Positions 29,749 to 39,950 of a DNA stretch of 64,000 nucleotides are shown in pieces. Every line of letters starts with the position of its first letter. Within the stretch, counting starts at the first letter, position 1. Under the pieces are notes generated by a model. The model was not told the origin of the DNA, searched no databases, and saw only the letters and a list, made by a program, of their open reading frames with translations. A program made the translations under genes and the position numbers. The stretch is from Promethearchaeota archaeon (GTDB taxonomy: Archaea > Asgardarchaeota > Lokiarchaeia > Sigyniarchaeales > SOKP01): NCBI GenBank assembly GCA_048939015.1, contig JBHLPW010000021.1, positions 1 to 64,000 on the forward strand, in the 5' to 3' direction.

Positions 29749-29839
29749 TAAATTCAGCTTTTATTAATATAATTAGTTATCTTTTATAAGTAATAATTTT
29801 TACATATATTTAACCACATTTTATGGTAAATTCATAATT

Positions 29840-32014
29840 ATGCGTGAATGTAGTATACATTTACCTATTGTCTTTCATTTTCACCAACCTGTAGACAACT
29901 TTGAATGGGTATTTGAAGATGTTTATAAGAAATCATATGAACCCCTCATTAATCACATATTCCAATTTGAAGATATTAAATTTACTCTTCATTTTTCAGG
30001 TAATTTATTAGAATGGTTTCTAAATTATAAACCTGAATTTATAAAAAAAATTAAAATTATGGCAAAAAGAGATCAAATAGAAATTATTGGAGGGGGATAT
30101 TATGAACCTATTTTTGCTATAATTCCCTATCGGGATAAAATAGCACAAATGAAAAAACTATCTGACTTAATTAAACAAGAATTTGGACTTGATGTTAAAG
30201 GTGCTTGGTTATCGGAAAGAGTATGGGAACCAAATTATCCTTCTTTTTTAAGTGATGTTGGATTGAAATATGTAATTGTTGATGATAACCATTTTCGCTC
30301 TACTGGAATCACAGAAGAAGGGACTCTATATTCATATATTACTGAAGATGAAGGAAAAACTTTAAGAATATTTCCTATTAATGAACAGTTGAGATATTTA
30401 ACTCCTTGGAAGCCTACATATTTATCTGTTGATTATCTAAAGAAAGTATCAGATGAGAAAGGGGATCGATTAGCATTATTAATATCTGATGCGGAAAAAA
30501 TGGGCGTCTGGGGTACCACACATCAAATCTGCTATGTAGAGGGTCATGGACATCAAGATGGGGACAATGGGAAACCATTTATCCCCGCATTCTTTGAGCA
30601 GATACGAAATAATACGTGGATTAAATCAATAACACTTTCTGAATATATGGAAAAATTCCCAGCAAAAAGCTTGGTATATCTACCTACTGCAAGCTATGAT
30701 AAAATGGGTGAATGGGTGCTTCCGACCTCCATTCGTAAGAGCTTTAAAGAAGTTAGGAAGAGTTTGAGAGAAAATGAGACCAAAAAACATATCTATCAGT
30801 TCTTAAATGGTGGTTTTTGGAGATATTTCTTAGTAAAGTATCCTGAATCTAATAATATGCATAAAAAAATGCTTTATGTAAGAAAAAAGCTAATCTCTAT
30901 TGAGGAAAATCTCTTAAAGGTGGATGATGAAGATCTTATTTCTTTAATTTTAAAAAAAATACACCATGCATGGGATGAAATTTACAAAGCTCAATGTAAT
31001 GATTGTTATTGGCATGGTTTATTTGGCGGTGTTTATTTACAATTTTTACGGTTTTCGGTTTACACTCATTTAATTAACGCAGAGAGGATAATTGATGAAA
31101 TAAATATATTAATCTCTCCAGAAATGAAATCTTATATACATATAACACAAACAGACTTCAATAAGGATAGTAATTTAGAATATCTAATTGAATCAGATAT
31201 GTTGAATGTCTACATTAATCCTAATGATGCTGGATCAATTTTCGAGTTAGATTATAAACCTAAATCATACAATTTATTAAATACTTTAACAAGATGGTCT
31301 GAAGCATACCATGATAGTAAGAAACTTGAATCAAAAGAAGTATTAGTCGATCGATTCAGAAGGTCTCTTTTACGTCTTAGATTTTTACATGATGATGTAA
31401 GTCTTGAACAACTTCATGCTGATCAGTATTATGAGTTTGGAGATTTTGTTGAATCAAGATTTAAGGTAACAAGTAATGAGAAAGAGGGTACAATGGCAAT
31501 TATAGAAATGGAAATAATAGGAAGTATAAAAGATCCAAATTCTGATGAAAGAAATCCTGTGCGAATTACTAAGGATATATATATAGAAGACAATGAAATT
31601 GAAGCGAAAATTCGACTTAATTTCAACGAAATTGCAGGAAAAGAAAAAACTCTTAATCGAATTATTAGACATTTAAATGTGGGTGTTGATATACCTTTTT
31701 TCTTTAATGGAGATACAAATAAATTCAAATGGGAAAGCAATGAACTGGATCGTGCTAAAAATAGCAATTCAAAATTATTGGAGCCATTTGAATATATCGG
31801 TTCGCATTTTAAAGCTTATGATGAATCATATGATCTTAACTTTGAGTTTGAAATCCTAGCAAAAGATAATTCAATCAAAATCAATAAATTTCCTATAATT
31901 GCATATGCATATACAGATGAAGGGTATAAAGAGATTTATCAAGGAATCAATATTACTCCCGTTTTAAAGCTTAGCAAGAATTTAGAATTTCATCTAAAGA
32001 TGCAGATTTATTGA
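29840..32014 (+). CDS. GH57 alpha-amylase / 4-alpha-glucanotransferase
   Basis: HFHQP, GG.YEP, WL.ERVWEP, D.EK.G.W, QCND.YWHG.FGG.YL. Confidence 0.92.
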   Translation: MRECSIHLPIVFHFHQPVDNFEWVFEDVYKKSYEPLINHIFQFEDIKFTLHFSGNLLEWFLNYKPEFIKKIKIMAKRDQIEIIGGGYYEPIFAIIPYRDKIAQMKKLSDLIKQEFGLDVKGAWLSERVWEPNYPSFLSDVGLKYVIVDDNHFRSTGITEEGTLYSYITEDEGKTLRIFPINEQLRYLTPWKPTYLSVDYLKKVSDEKGDRLALLISDAEKMGVWGTTHQICYVEGHGHQDGDNGKPFIPAFFEQIRNNTWIKSITLSEYMEKFPAKSLVYLPTASYDKMGEWVLPTSIRKSFKEVRKSLRENETKKHIYQFLNGGFWRYFLVKYPESNNMHKKMLYVRKKLISIEENLLKVDDEDLISLILKKIHHAWDEIYKAQCNDCYWHGLFGGVYLQFLRFSVYTHLINAERIIDEINILISPEMKSYIHITQTDFNKDSNLEYLIESDMLNVYINPNDAGSIFELDYKPKSYNLLNTLTRWSEAYHDSKKLESKEVLVDRFRRSLLRLRFLHDDVSLEQLHADQYYEFGDFVESRFKVTSNEKEGTMAIIEMEIIGSIKDPNSDERNPVRITKDIYIEDNEIEAKIRLNFNEIAGKEKTLNRIIRHLNVGVDIPFFFNGDTNKFKWESNELDRAKNSNSKLLEPFEYIGSHFKAYDESYDLNFEFEILAKDNSIKINKFPIIAYAYTDEGYKEIYQGINITPVLKLSKNLEFHLKMQIY

Positions 32015-32145
32015 TATATATAGTTATTCTTTCCTTACACATTTGTAGATATACGAAAGATATTTTTCATTTTAACTATCTTTAAATATATTAATGTCCT
32101 AATAACATCTATAAAACATACAACTGAACGCTGGATTTGACATTT

Positions 32146-32289
32146 ATGGGAGTTAATGGAAACGGAAAACGAAATGGCTGGACCTATAACAAAAAGACGT
32201 TAAAAACCTGTATTGATAATAATCATTATGTCCAAAATGCCCGAAAAAAGCTAATGGAAGAAAAACTCCGTAAAAAGCTTCAGAAATAA
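32146..32289 (+). CDS. Small basic protein (47 aa), not in ORF track
   Basis: MGVNGNGKRNGWTYNKKTLKTCIDNNHYVQNARKKLMEEKLRKKLQK; GC content above flanks, TTTAAATA box upstream, T-rich tract downstream. Confidence 0.5.
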   Translation: MGVNGNGKRNGWTYNKKTLKTCIDNNHYVQNARKKLMEEKLRKKLQK

Positions 32290-32353
32290 AATTTTTAAAT
32301 AAAATTTTTATGTCAAATTCTTCTAATTCTTCTTTTCTAAATCTAAGAAGGCT

Positions 32354-33028
32354 TTATGAATCAAATCCATATTTTCCTATAAGAGGGACAAATCGAACTC
32401 CAGTTATTTTATTCGTATCAAATGTATCTCCAACTTTATGGATAACATATAGATTTTGACTAAAACTTTTTGATCCAGCAGGAATACAAAGAATGCCACC
32501 ATCATTTAACTGATCTCTTAATGGGAGGGGGATCTTTGTTGGTGAAGCTGCTGTTACTAATATTTTATCATAGGGTGCTTCTTTTGGATATCCTAAAGTT
32601 CCATCTCCATGGATTACTGTAACTTTTTTATTATATCCCGTTTCTTTTAGACTCTCCTTAGCGTTTTCTACTAACTTTTCATGGCGTTCAATTGTATACA
32701 CATGCCCTGGATTTCTAGTATTTTCAGGAGCTACAATTTCTGCACATAAAGCAGCATGATAACCTGAACCAGTCCCAATCTCTAAAACCTTATCCCCTTC
32801 TTTTAATTCAAGGTATTCGCACATCATAGCATTCATATGTGGAGCACTAATTGTCTGTCCTAAACCAATGGAGAGAGGAGAATCCATATAAGCACTTGAC
32901 TCAGCTTCTTTTGGTATGAATTTATGTCTTGGTACCTTTAACATAGCCTTAATTACATTAGGTCTTGTTAATATCTCTCGTCTTTTTAGACTTTCAACGA
33001 GATTCTTTCTTTTTTCTTCGAAATTCAT
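32354..33028 (-). CDS. pcm: Protein-L-isoaspartate O-methyltransferase
   Basis: VPRH.F, GQTISAPHM, VLEIGTGSGY.AA, GDG..G....APYDKI.VTAA, VRFVPL.G. Confidence 0.95.
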   Translation of the reverse strand: MNFEEKRKNLVESLKRREILTRPNVIKAMLKVPRHKFIPKEAESSAYMDSPLSIGLGQTISAPHMNAMMCEYLELKEGDKVLEIGTGSGYHAALCAEIVAPENTRNPGHVYTIERHEKLVENAKESLKETGYNKKVTVIHGDGTLGYPKEAPYDKILVTAASPTKIPLPLRDQLNDGGILCIPAGSKSFSQNLYVIHKVGDTFDTNKITGVRFVPLIGKYGFDS

Positions 33029-33080
33029 GGCAATAGATTAATAATGCTAATTCTAGAGTATGTGAAAAAAAATCATTTCA

Positions 33081-34319
33081 TTATGTTTTTGAAATGATAT
33101 AAATTTTATCGTTCGGTTTAACTTCTTCATTTAAGCGTAAATTTATCCTAACAGGATCAGAATATCTTTTTCTTGAAATTTGTTTAATTTTTTCTCCTTT
33201 ATAAATCATCTTTCTGATAGTTTCAGTCATGTATGTTGATTTTCCTTCAATTATTATTTCATCACCTAATTTTAGTGGAATCTCTAAGCTTTCAAGTAAT
33301 ACGTTAGCAGATTTACTTTTTACATCAAATGAGAGAATTTTACCTAAATAATACTTTTTATAGGAAGAAATGTTACCTCTTTTAGTTAATTCAATATCTT
33401 CTAATGTTGGTCTTTGAAAATAAAAACCCGTATGAAAACCACGATTATAAACGCTTGATAACCTAGTAAGCCAATTTTTCACTTTCTCCTTAGTAAATGT
33501 TTTGTTAAAATAGGAATCTAAAGCTTCTTTATAGCATTCTACTACTGTTTTTACATAAGCAGCATCTTTCATTCGGCCTTCGATTTTGAATGCATCAATT
33601 TTCGCTTCAATTAATTCTGGGATATATTCAATCATACAAAGATCTTTTGCATTTAAAAATAGTTGACCATCATAAAGAAATTCATTATTCGTATCATCTA
33701 TCACTCTCCATTGCCTTCTGCATGGTTGAACACAGTTTCCTCTGTTTGCTGAATATTCTGCTGAATCACATATTGTTGCAGAAAAATAACAACGTCCAGA
33801 TATTGAGGTACACATTGAACCATGAATAAAACACTCAATTTTCGTTCTGGAAAGTAAATGTTTAATAAGTTTAATTTGTTTTAATGATAATTCTCTGGCT
33901 AGTATTATCCTCTCTGCTCCGAGATCTTCATAAAATCTTGCAGCTTCAATATTAGAAATGTTAGCTTGGGTAGAAATATGGAAATCCATATCGTTTCGTT
34001 TTGCTATTCTAATCGTTGCGAGATCATGAGCAATAATGGCATCAATTTCAGCATCTTTTGCTTCTAAAATTAGTTCTTCTAAATCTTGTAATTCTCTATC
34101 ATATATTAGAATATTTGTAGTTAAATATGATTTTATTGGAGGATCCAGACTATGGCAATAATCACTTATCTCTCTTAATTCATTTCTTTCAAAATTCTTT
34201 GCTTTCTTCCTCATGTTATACTGCTTTATACCAAAAAATATAGCATCAACTATACCAGCTACTTCTTTAAGGGAATTCCACTCTTGGATCGGTGCCAGTA
34301 ATTCTGGGCGATTCTCCAT
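33081..34319 (-). CDS. Peptidase U32 family Fe-S protein (TrhP/RlhA-like RNA hydroxylase)
   Basis: PELLAP, HISTQAN, LAREL, F.HG.MC.SISGRC, NRG.C.QPCR, KIEGRMK. Confidence 0.9.
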   Translation of the reverse strand: MENRPELLAPIQEWNSLKEVAGIVDAIFFGIKQYNMRKKAKNFERNELREISDYCHSLDPPIKSYLTTNILIYDRELQDLEELILEAKDAEIDAIIAHDLATIRIAKRNDMDFHISTQANISNIEAARFYEDLGAERIILARELSLKQIKLIKHLLSRTKIECFIHGSMCTSISGRCYFSATICDSAEYSANRGNCVQPCRRQWRVIDDTNNEFLYDGQLFLNAKDLCMIEYIPELIEAKIDAFKIEGRMKDAAYVKTVVECYKEALDSYFNKTFTKEKVKNWLTRLSSVYNRGFHTGFYFQRPTLEDIELTKRGNISSYKKYYLGKILSFDVKSKSANVLLESLEIPLKLGDEIIIEGKSTYMTETIRKMIYKGEKIKQISRKRYSDPVRINLRLNEEVKPNDKIYIISKT

Positions 34320-34409
34320 GTTAAAATTTAAAGTTCTTCATAATTATTCGTTAATATATCAATATAAAATATTAAATTTTAAAATTATCATAGTAAGGGT
34401 GGTTCAAAA

Positions 34410-34733
34410 ATGAGTTCCTTTTTGCCAAAATGTAAGATAACAGTATTGAAAAGGTCATTGAATAAAGATTTAATTGATGAATTTATCAATGATGAATATA
34501 GTGATATGCAACCATGCGAAATTTTTAAAGAAGGGCAAGAAATTGTAATAGATCCAAATTTAGCCAAATTTCCCGATGGATTCTGCCACTGGGCTTGGGC
34601 AGATATACGGTATGATATAATGACAATTGCTTCAGGAGGAAATATTCCGGGAATGAAAAGTAAAGGTACAGTTATAACTGGTTGTTCAGATTGGTTTCGA
34701 CCTGTATTATTTAAAGTGGAAAGAATTGATTAA
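34410..34733 (+). CDS. TIGR04076-like small Cys protein
   Basis: KITVLK, PC..F.EGQE, P.GFC.WAW, C.DW.RPV.FKVERI. Confidence 0.75.
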   Translation: MSSFLPKCKITVLKRSLNKDLIDEFINDEYSDMQPCEIFKEGQEIVIDPNLAKFPDGFCHWAWADIRYDIMTIASGGNIPGMKSKGTVITGCSDWFRPVLFKVERID

Positions 34734-34859
34734 AAATATATCATCGAAAAAATAATTCATTATTATTCCGTCTTTTCATGAACAAAGTTATAAAATCATA
34801 GGAAGACTTAAATATACTATTGGCCTTTTTTACTATAATAACAATTTAAGGTGTAACTA

Positions 34860-36209
34860 TTGGTTAATATTGAAGGAATGACAGAATTTCTAAAAGCAGT
34901 AGCACATCCAAAAAGAATTCAAATATTATCTCTATTGAATGAACAAGTTTTGAATTTTAGTCAATTAAAAAGCCAAACTGATTTACAAAAAACAGCACTT
35001 TCAAATAATTTGACTTCGTTGATTGATGTGAAATTAGTAGAGCGTTTTGAACGAGGACTATATCGAATTACTCAAGATGGACAAGAATTACTAAAAGCAA
35101 TTACTAAATTTTATGATAATGCAAAAGTTCGAGAGTTATTTGAGAGAAAAAAAATCCAACAATATTATTCACAAGGGTTACAGAAAAGAAGGTTAAGTGA
35201 AATGAGTGAAAATAGTACTAATTATATTCCAGAATTCCAACCCAGCTGGATATCTTATTTGGGTGCTGTTTCTGGTGTCTTAAAATCTTTTGGAAAAGAA
35301 ATCAGTATAATTGATGTGGGGGGTTATAGTGGGTGGTCCTTTTTTGTCAATGTGGCAAAGGAAAGTACTTGTCCATCTGGACCAACAGCTCATAAAGCAT
35401 ATGATGAAATCCTAAAGGGTACACAAGCTCTTGGAATTGAAATTGATTGGGGATATATGGAACCAACCGAATATGAAAATGAAAATGGGGAGGATATTCT
35501 GAAAAAAGGACAAGCTAAGAAACTATTCGATTACTTCAAAAAAGAATTTGATGAGAAAAAAAGACCAGTAATTCTCTGGGGGATTCCAGTTCCTGAATAT
35601 GGCATTGCATATGGTTATAAAGATGAATCCTATCTTGTGAGCACATTTCGACATATCCAGGGTTTACCAGAAACACCAATTCCATATGAAAAAATAAAAG
35701 CGCCAGGATGTCTGCATTATTTCTCTTTTGATAGGGAATTAGAAGTTGTTCCAAAAGTTAGAGACAAGGAAGCTATCGAACGTGCGATTCGTATGGCAGA
35801 AGGAATGTCTTACACACATGAAGATACTTATGTTGCAGGACCAGATGCTTTTGTAGAATGGGCAAATATCTTAAAAACGGGAGTAAAGGGAGAGAATTTA
35901 ATTTACCACGGTAATAGTTATGTTGCTAATTGTGCATTAGAAGGTAGATCCACAGCAGTAGAGTTTCTTAAAAGATTAGCAACACGATACAAAGATAAAC
36001 CTCAATATGAACCTTTAAGAAAAGCCTCTGAAGAATTTTCTGAGTCTAAAGATTTACTGGCAGAATTTGTTAATATATTTCCATTTGCATTTGAAGGTGA
36101 GTTCCCAGAAGATAAAAGAAAAAATGGTGCTGACTTACTTTTAAAGATCAAACCTAATGAACTTAAAGCTATTGAACATTTAAAAGAAGCAGTAAAAGTT
36201 TGGAAATAA
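34860..36209 (+). CDS. ArsR-type wHTH fused to a BtrH/C39-like domain
   Basis: LKAVAHPKRIQIL...LS.NL..L....LVER.ERG.Y.IT..G; C-terminal domain with GYSG..F, RPVILWG..VPEYG...GY. Confidence 0.7.
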   Translation: MVNIEGMTEFLKAVAHPKRIQILSLLNEQVLNFSQLKSQTDLQKTALSNNLTSLIDVKLVERFERGLYRITQDGQELLKAITKFYDNAKVRELFERKKIQQYYSQGLQKRRLSEMSENSTNYIPEFQPSWISYLGAVSGVLKSFGKEISIIDVGGYSGWSFFVNVAKESTCPSGPTAHKAYDEILKGTQALGIEIDWGYMEPTEYENENGEDILKKGQAKKLFDYFKKEFDEKKRPVILWGIPVPEYGIAYGYKDESYLVSTFRHIQGLPETPIPYEKIKAPGCLHYFSFDRELEVVPKVRDKEAIERAIRMAEGMSYTHEDTYVAGPDAFVEWANILKTGVKGENLIYHGNSYVANCALEGRSTAVEFLKRLATRYKDKPQYEPLRKASEEFSESKDLLAEFVNIFPFAFEGEFPEDKRKNGADLLLKIKPNELKAIEHLKEAVKVWK

Positions 36210-36288
36210 GATTTTTTATAAAAATTAAAAGCGTCGTATTAATTATTGAAGAATAATTTGAAAATTGCAATATTTGAGGTTTATAACA

Positions 36289-36855
36289 ATGAAAGTGGTT
36301 TTATTTAATGGAAGTCCCAGAAAGGAGGGAAATACATATCATTGCTTAAACGTTGTCATAAACGAATTAAAAGCTGCAGGAGTCGAATGCGATTATAATT
36401 GGATCGGTATGGAAAAATTACAAGGTTGTACAGCTTGCATGAAATGTGTTGATAATGATGATCAAAAATGCGTATTACCTGGGGATAAGATGAATGAGTA
36501 TATAAAAAAAATGTTGGATTCTGATGGAATCATAATAGGGTCTCCAACATATTTCTCAGATTTATCAACAAGCACAAAAGCTTTAATAGAACGTGCAGGA
36601 TATGCTACTGGAAGGCATCTAAAGCACAAAGTAGGGGCAGCAGTTGTAGCTGTTAGACGAGCTGGTGCAAATCATGTGTTTTCGAGTATTAATTATTTCT
36701 TCCTCATTAAGCAGATGTTTGTAGTTGGATCAAGTTATTGGAACATGGGAATTGGACGAGCTCCTGGAGAAGTATTAGACGATGAAGAAGGTATAAGAAC
36801 ATTTGAGAATTTAGGGAAAAATTTTGCTTTTTTAATTAAAAAACTACACCAATAG
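36289..36855 (+). CDS. Iron-sulfur flavoprotein / NADPH-dependent FMN reductase family
   Basis: NGSPRK.GNT, CxxCxxC-x7-C, GSPTYF, RRAG; GAGGT SD before ATG 36289. Confidence 0.9.
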   Translation: MKVVLFNGSPRKEGNTYHCLNVVINELKAAGVECDYNWIGMEKLQGCTACMKCVDNDDQKCVLPGDKMNEYIKKMLDSDGIIIGSPTYFSDLSTSTKALIERAGYATGRHLKHKVGAAVVAVRRAGANHVFSSINYFFLIKQMFVVGSSYWNMGIGRAPGEVLDDEEGIRTFENLGKNFAFLIKKLHQ

Positions 36856-38203
36856 TTAATTTCTTTTTTTTTTTAAATTGTTTCTTGTTTCTTATAGTTA
36901 CGATAATAACTATACCCCCAATTGAGAAACTTGTAATGCCTACACCTATTAATATAATACGAGAAAAATCAGGTTCATTATCAGTTCCCTCTGATATGAA
37001 TTCTTTCATTATATCAAAAATCTCAGTATTGTCAATAACAGTAAGATTATTAAGGCCATAGAAATCTGTTCCATATCCAAAAAAGGGGACATTTTGGCTA
37101 GTATGAGATCCTGTAGACCAACTTACAGAAATGTTATTTATCCTTTCAATCCTTAATATTCTATTTTCTTCAACAGTTCTATTTGAGGAAGGAATAGTAT
37201 CATTTAAGGTCTCATTTAAAATTGTCAAACCACCTGTCTCATGATCAGCAGTAACTATTAACATAATATTATCGTGTTCCTCAGCGTATGAGATTGCTGC
37301 ATCTACAGCATAATGAAATTCAATTGTTTCTAAAGCTACATTTGTCTTATTATTTGCATGGCCAGCATGATCGATTCTTCCACCTTCCACCATTAAAAAA
37401 AAGCCATTAGGATCTTGAGAAAGAATTTCTATTGCTTTTACAGTCATATCTAACAAGGATGGAATGACATCAGGATCACGATTAATCTCATATGGTAGAT
37501 GATTAGGGGCAAACAATGCAAATAGATTGTTTGCATCTGCACTCATAAGTTTAGAGCGATTTTCTATCAAAGTATATCCATTCACTCCTAAATCCATCAA
37601 TTGCGTGGTATCAAAATGATCCGCACCTCCTCCCAATAGGATATTAACACTAGAATTTTCTATGATCTGTCGAGATATCTCTGTGGTATTAGATCTTGAC
37701 TTCACGTGAGTCATAAAAGCCGCTGGAGTTGCATGAGTTATTGCAGTTGTAGTAATAATTCCTGTGGATTTTCCAAACTCCTGAGAAATTTCAAGAATAG
37801 TTTCTAAAGGTTCAGACAAGGGTGATACAGACAACATTCCATTATTCGTTTTATTACCTGTTGCCATTGCTGTCGCTGCTGCTGCTGAATCAGTTATTGA
37901 ATTATCAGCACTAAATGTTGTTACATTGAGATGTAAAGGCAACTTTTCCATTGAAAACAGATTGCTTTTACCAAGTTCCACCCATCTTGCTAACTTTAAA
38001 TGCTCATAACCCATTCCATCCCCTATTAAAAGAATTATACTATTTTTGGCATTATTATCTGAGCATTTTAAATCGTTCTTAATTCCATTGAGAAATTTAA
38101 AATTGTTTATCTTTAATGAGAAAGAAGGATGAACTAAAATTAATATAAAAAACAATGATATAGAGTAAATTTTCAAATTCTTTTTAATCTGAATTAATAA
38201 CAT
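36836..38203 (-). CDS. phoA: Alkaline phosphatase, exported with C-terminal membrane anchor
   Basis: IGDGMG, TDSAAAATA, HATPA, VEGGRIDH..H, TADHETGG, HT; N-terminal signal and C-terminal TM helix with Lys tail. Confidence 0.92.
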   Translation of the reverse strand: MLLIQIKKNLKIYSISLFFILILVHPSFSLKINNFKFLNGIKNDLKCSDNNAKNSIILLIGDGMGYEHLKLARWVELGKSNLFSMEKLPLHLNVTTFSADNSITDSAAAATAMATGNKTNNGMLSVSPLSEPLETILEISQEFGKSTGIITTTAITHATPAAFMTHVKSRSNTTEISRQIIENSSVNILLGGGADHFDTTQLMDLGVNGYTLIENRSKLMSADANNLFALFAPNHLPYEINRDPDVIPSLLDMTVKAIEILSQDPNGFFLMVEGGRIDHAGHANNKTNVALETIEFHYAVDAAISYAEEHDNIMLIVTADHETGGLTILNETLNDTIPSSNRTVEENRILRIERINNISVSWSTGSHTSQNVPFFGYGTDFYGLNNLTVIDNTEIFDIMKEFISEGTDNEPDFSRIILIGVGITSFSIGGIVIIVTIRNKKQFKKKKKLTIGVVF

Positions 38204-38317
38204 CGATATTTGTTTAATGCAATATTAATCTTCTAATCGTATATGATTTATCACTTAATATTAATTTAAATTTAATCAATACACTCTTAAAATCTATCCT
38301 TCATTTAGTTATAAAAG

Positions 38318-39493
38318 ATGCAAATTTTGGATTTTGACCAAGTTAATAAATTCAGTTTAGGAAAACAACATCTCACTATAGACACAAAAATAGATAATAT
38401 AGTTCAAATTGTAGAGGATATTTGCGGACTTCATTCAACTGAACTAAAAACATCTTATTTATCTCTTTTTGTAAGAACTAATAAATTTAAAAAATCCGAT
38501 TTGGAAAAAGAATTATATGAGGAAAAATCACTAGGTAGAATTCGAGGAATGAGAAGAACTCTATTTATAGAGACATTAAAATGGATTCCAATTATCTATG
38601 CTGCTACATGTAATCTAATTGAATATTCTTTTGAAAAATATATGGAATTTCACAAAGTATCTTTAAAAGAATATCAAGAAATATCTCAGAACATCATAAA
38701 AAAACTGAAAGGGAGAGAATTATCTGCATCTGAAATTAGAAAAGAATTGAATTCAAAATCTAATATACCTGCCATTATTCAAGTTATGGGTAACCGAGGG
38801 TTGTTAATTAGGGGAAAACCAATCAAAGATTGGAAAGATAGGAGGAATAAATATGCTCTATTCAAAGATTATTTTCCAGAACTTGACCTAAGTATGTATG
38901 AAGAAAATAAAGCAATTAGACTCCTAGTAGAGAAATATATAAAAACATATGGACCTGTGACAGAAACAGATATGGCATGGTGGACCGGATTAAAAAAGAC
39001 GAAAATTAGAGATGTTTTAAAACCTATAGAGCAAAATCTCGAGAAAGTCAAAATTTCTAATGTTAAAAAAACCTATATCATGGATAAAGAAGAATTAGCC
39101 AATTTGGAAAACAATTCTACTTATGAAAAACCATCATTAAGTTTATTGCCTGGACTTGATCCTTATCCTATGGGATATAAGGACCGAGAAAGATACATTA
39201 ATGCACAAAATTATAACAACTTATTTGATCGTTCAGGAAATATTACTTCAACTATTTTTTTGAATGGTAAGGCAATTGGAGTTTGGGATACGGAAGAAGA
39301 ACCTGAACCTTTAATTAAATTTTATTTATTCCATTCACTTGAAAATGATTTAATTGATGAGCTTTATTCTGAAACTAAGAAAGTTGGACAATTCTTCTTT
39401 GACACTAATATTAACATCAGAAAATGTGAAAAAATGATTCCATTAACAGAACGAAGAGCAGGAGGATTTATGACACCTCTTAAAAATAGTTAA
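38318..39493 (+). CDS. AlkZ/YcaQ-like winged-helix DNA glycosylase family protein
   Basis: GLHST..Y.SL..R, MRRTLF, YGP.T..D..WWTG, LLP..DPY.MGY..R, G.W. Confidence 0.8.
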   Translation: MQILDFDQVNKFSLGKQHLTIDTKIDNIVQIVEDICGLHSTELKTSYLSLFVRTNKFKKSDLEKELYEEKSLGRIRGMRRTLFIETLKWIPIIYAATCNLIEYSFEKYMEFHKVSLKEYQEISQNIIKKLKGRELSASEIRKELNSKSNIPAIIQVMGNRGLLIRGKPIKDWKDRRNKYALFKDYFPELDLSMYEENKAIRLLVEKYIKTYGPVTETDMAWWTGLKKTKIRDVLKPIEQNLEKVKISNVKKTYIMDKEELANLENNSTYEKPSLSLLPGLDPYPMGYKDRERYINAQNYNNLFDRSGNITSTIFLNGKAIGVWDTEEEPEPLIKFYLFHSLENDLIDELYSETKKVGQFFFDTNINIRKCEKMIPLTERRAGGFMTPLKNS

Positions 39494-39544
39494 AATACAA
39501 ATTCTATTTCAAATAGATATAGATTATTTATGAGGAGTAATAAA

Positions 39545-39928
39545 ATGAACTCTGAAAATCTACTTAAAATAGTACTAATCGTTGGTGGGATTGTTGAAAT
39601 TATCATCGGAAGTTTATTTTTATTTTTAGATATTATTTTTAAACAGATTGGTCTTGAAAACATACCAATTTTCACACAGATGGCGGGTTCTTTCTTATTA
39701 TGCTATGGTATTCTATTAGTATATTCTGCGAGAGATGCAGAGAAATTCTTAATTATTCCATTAGTAAATATTCTTGTACGGATAATTATGATTATTTTTA
39801 GTTTAATGAATATATTCGAATATCCTGAGTTTCTTGGGATTCTCTTATTTGCTATACCTTACGATCTAGTATGGTCTGTATTCTGTATAATTTTATTAAA
39901 AATCAATGAATTAATTTTTAAGAATTAA
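39545..39928 (+). CDS. Four-TM membrane protein
   Basis: Four hydrophobic segments; GAGGAG SD before the second Met (track ORF begins 39530). Confidence 0.7.
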   Translation: MNSENLLKIVLIVGGIVEIIIGSLFLFLDIIFKQIGLENIPIFTQMAGSFLLCYGILLVYSARDAEKFLIIPLVNILVRIIMIIFSLMNIFEYPEFLGILLFAIPYDLVWSVFCIILLKINELIFKN

Positions 39929-39950
39929 TAACATAAAGAGAGATGAATAA

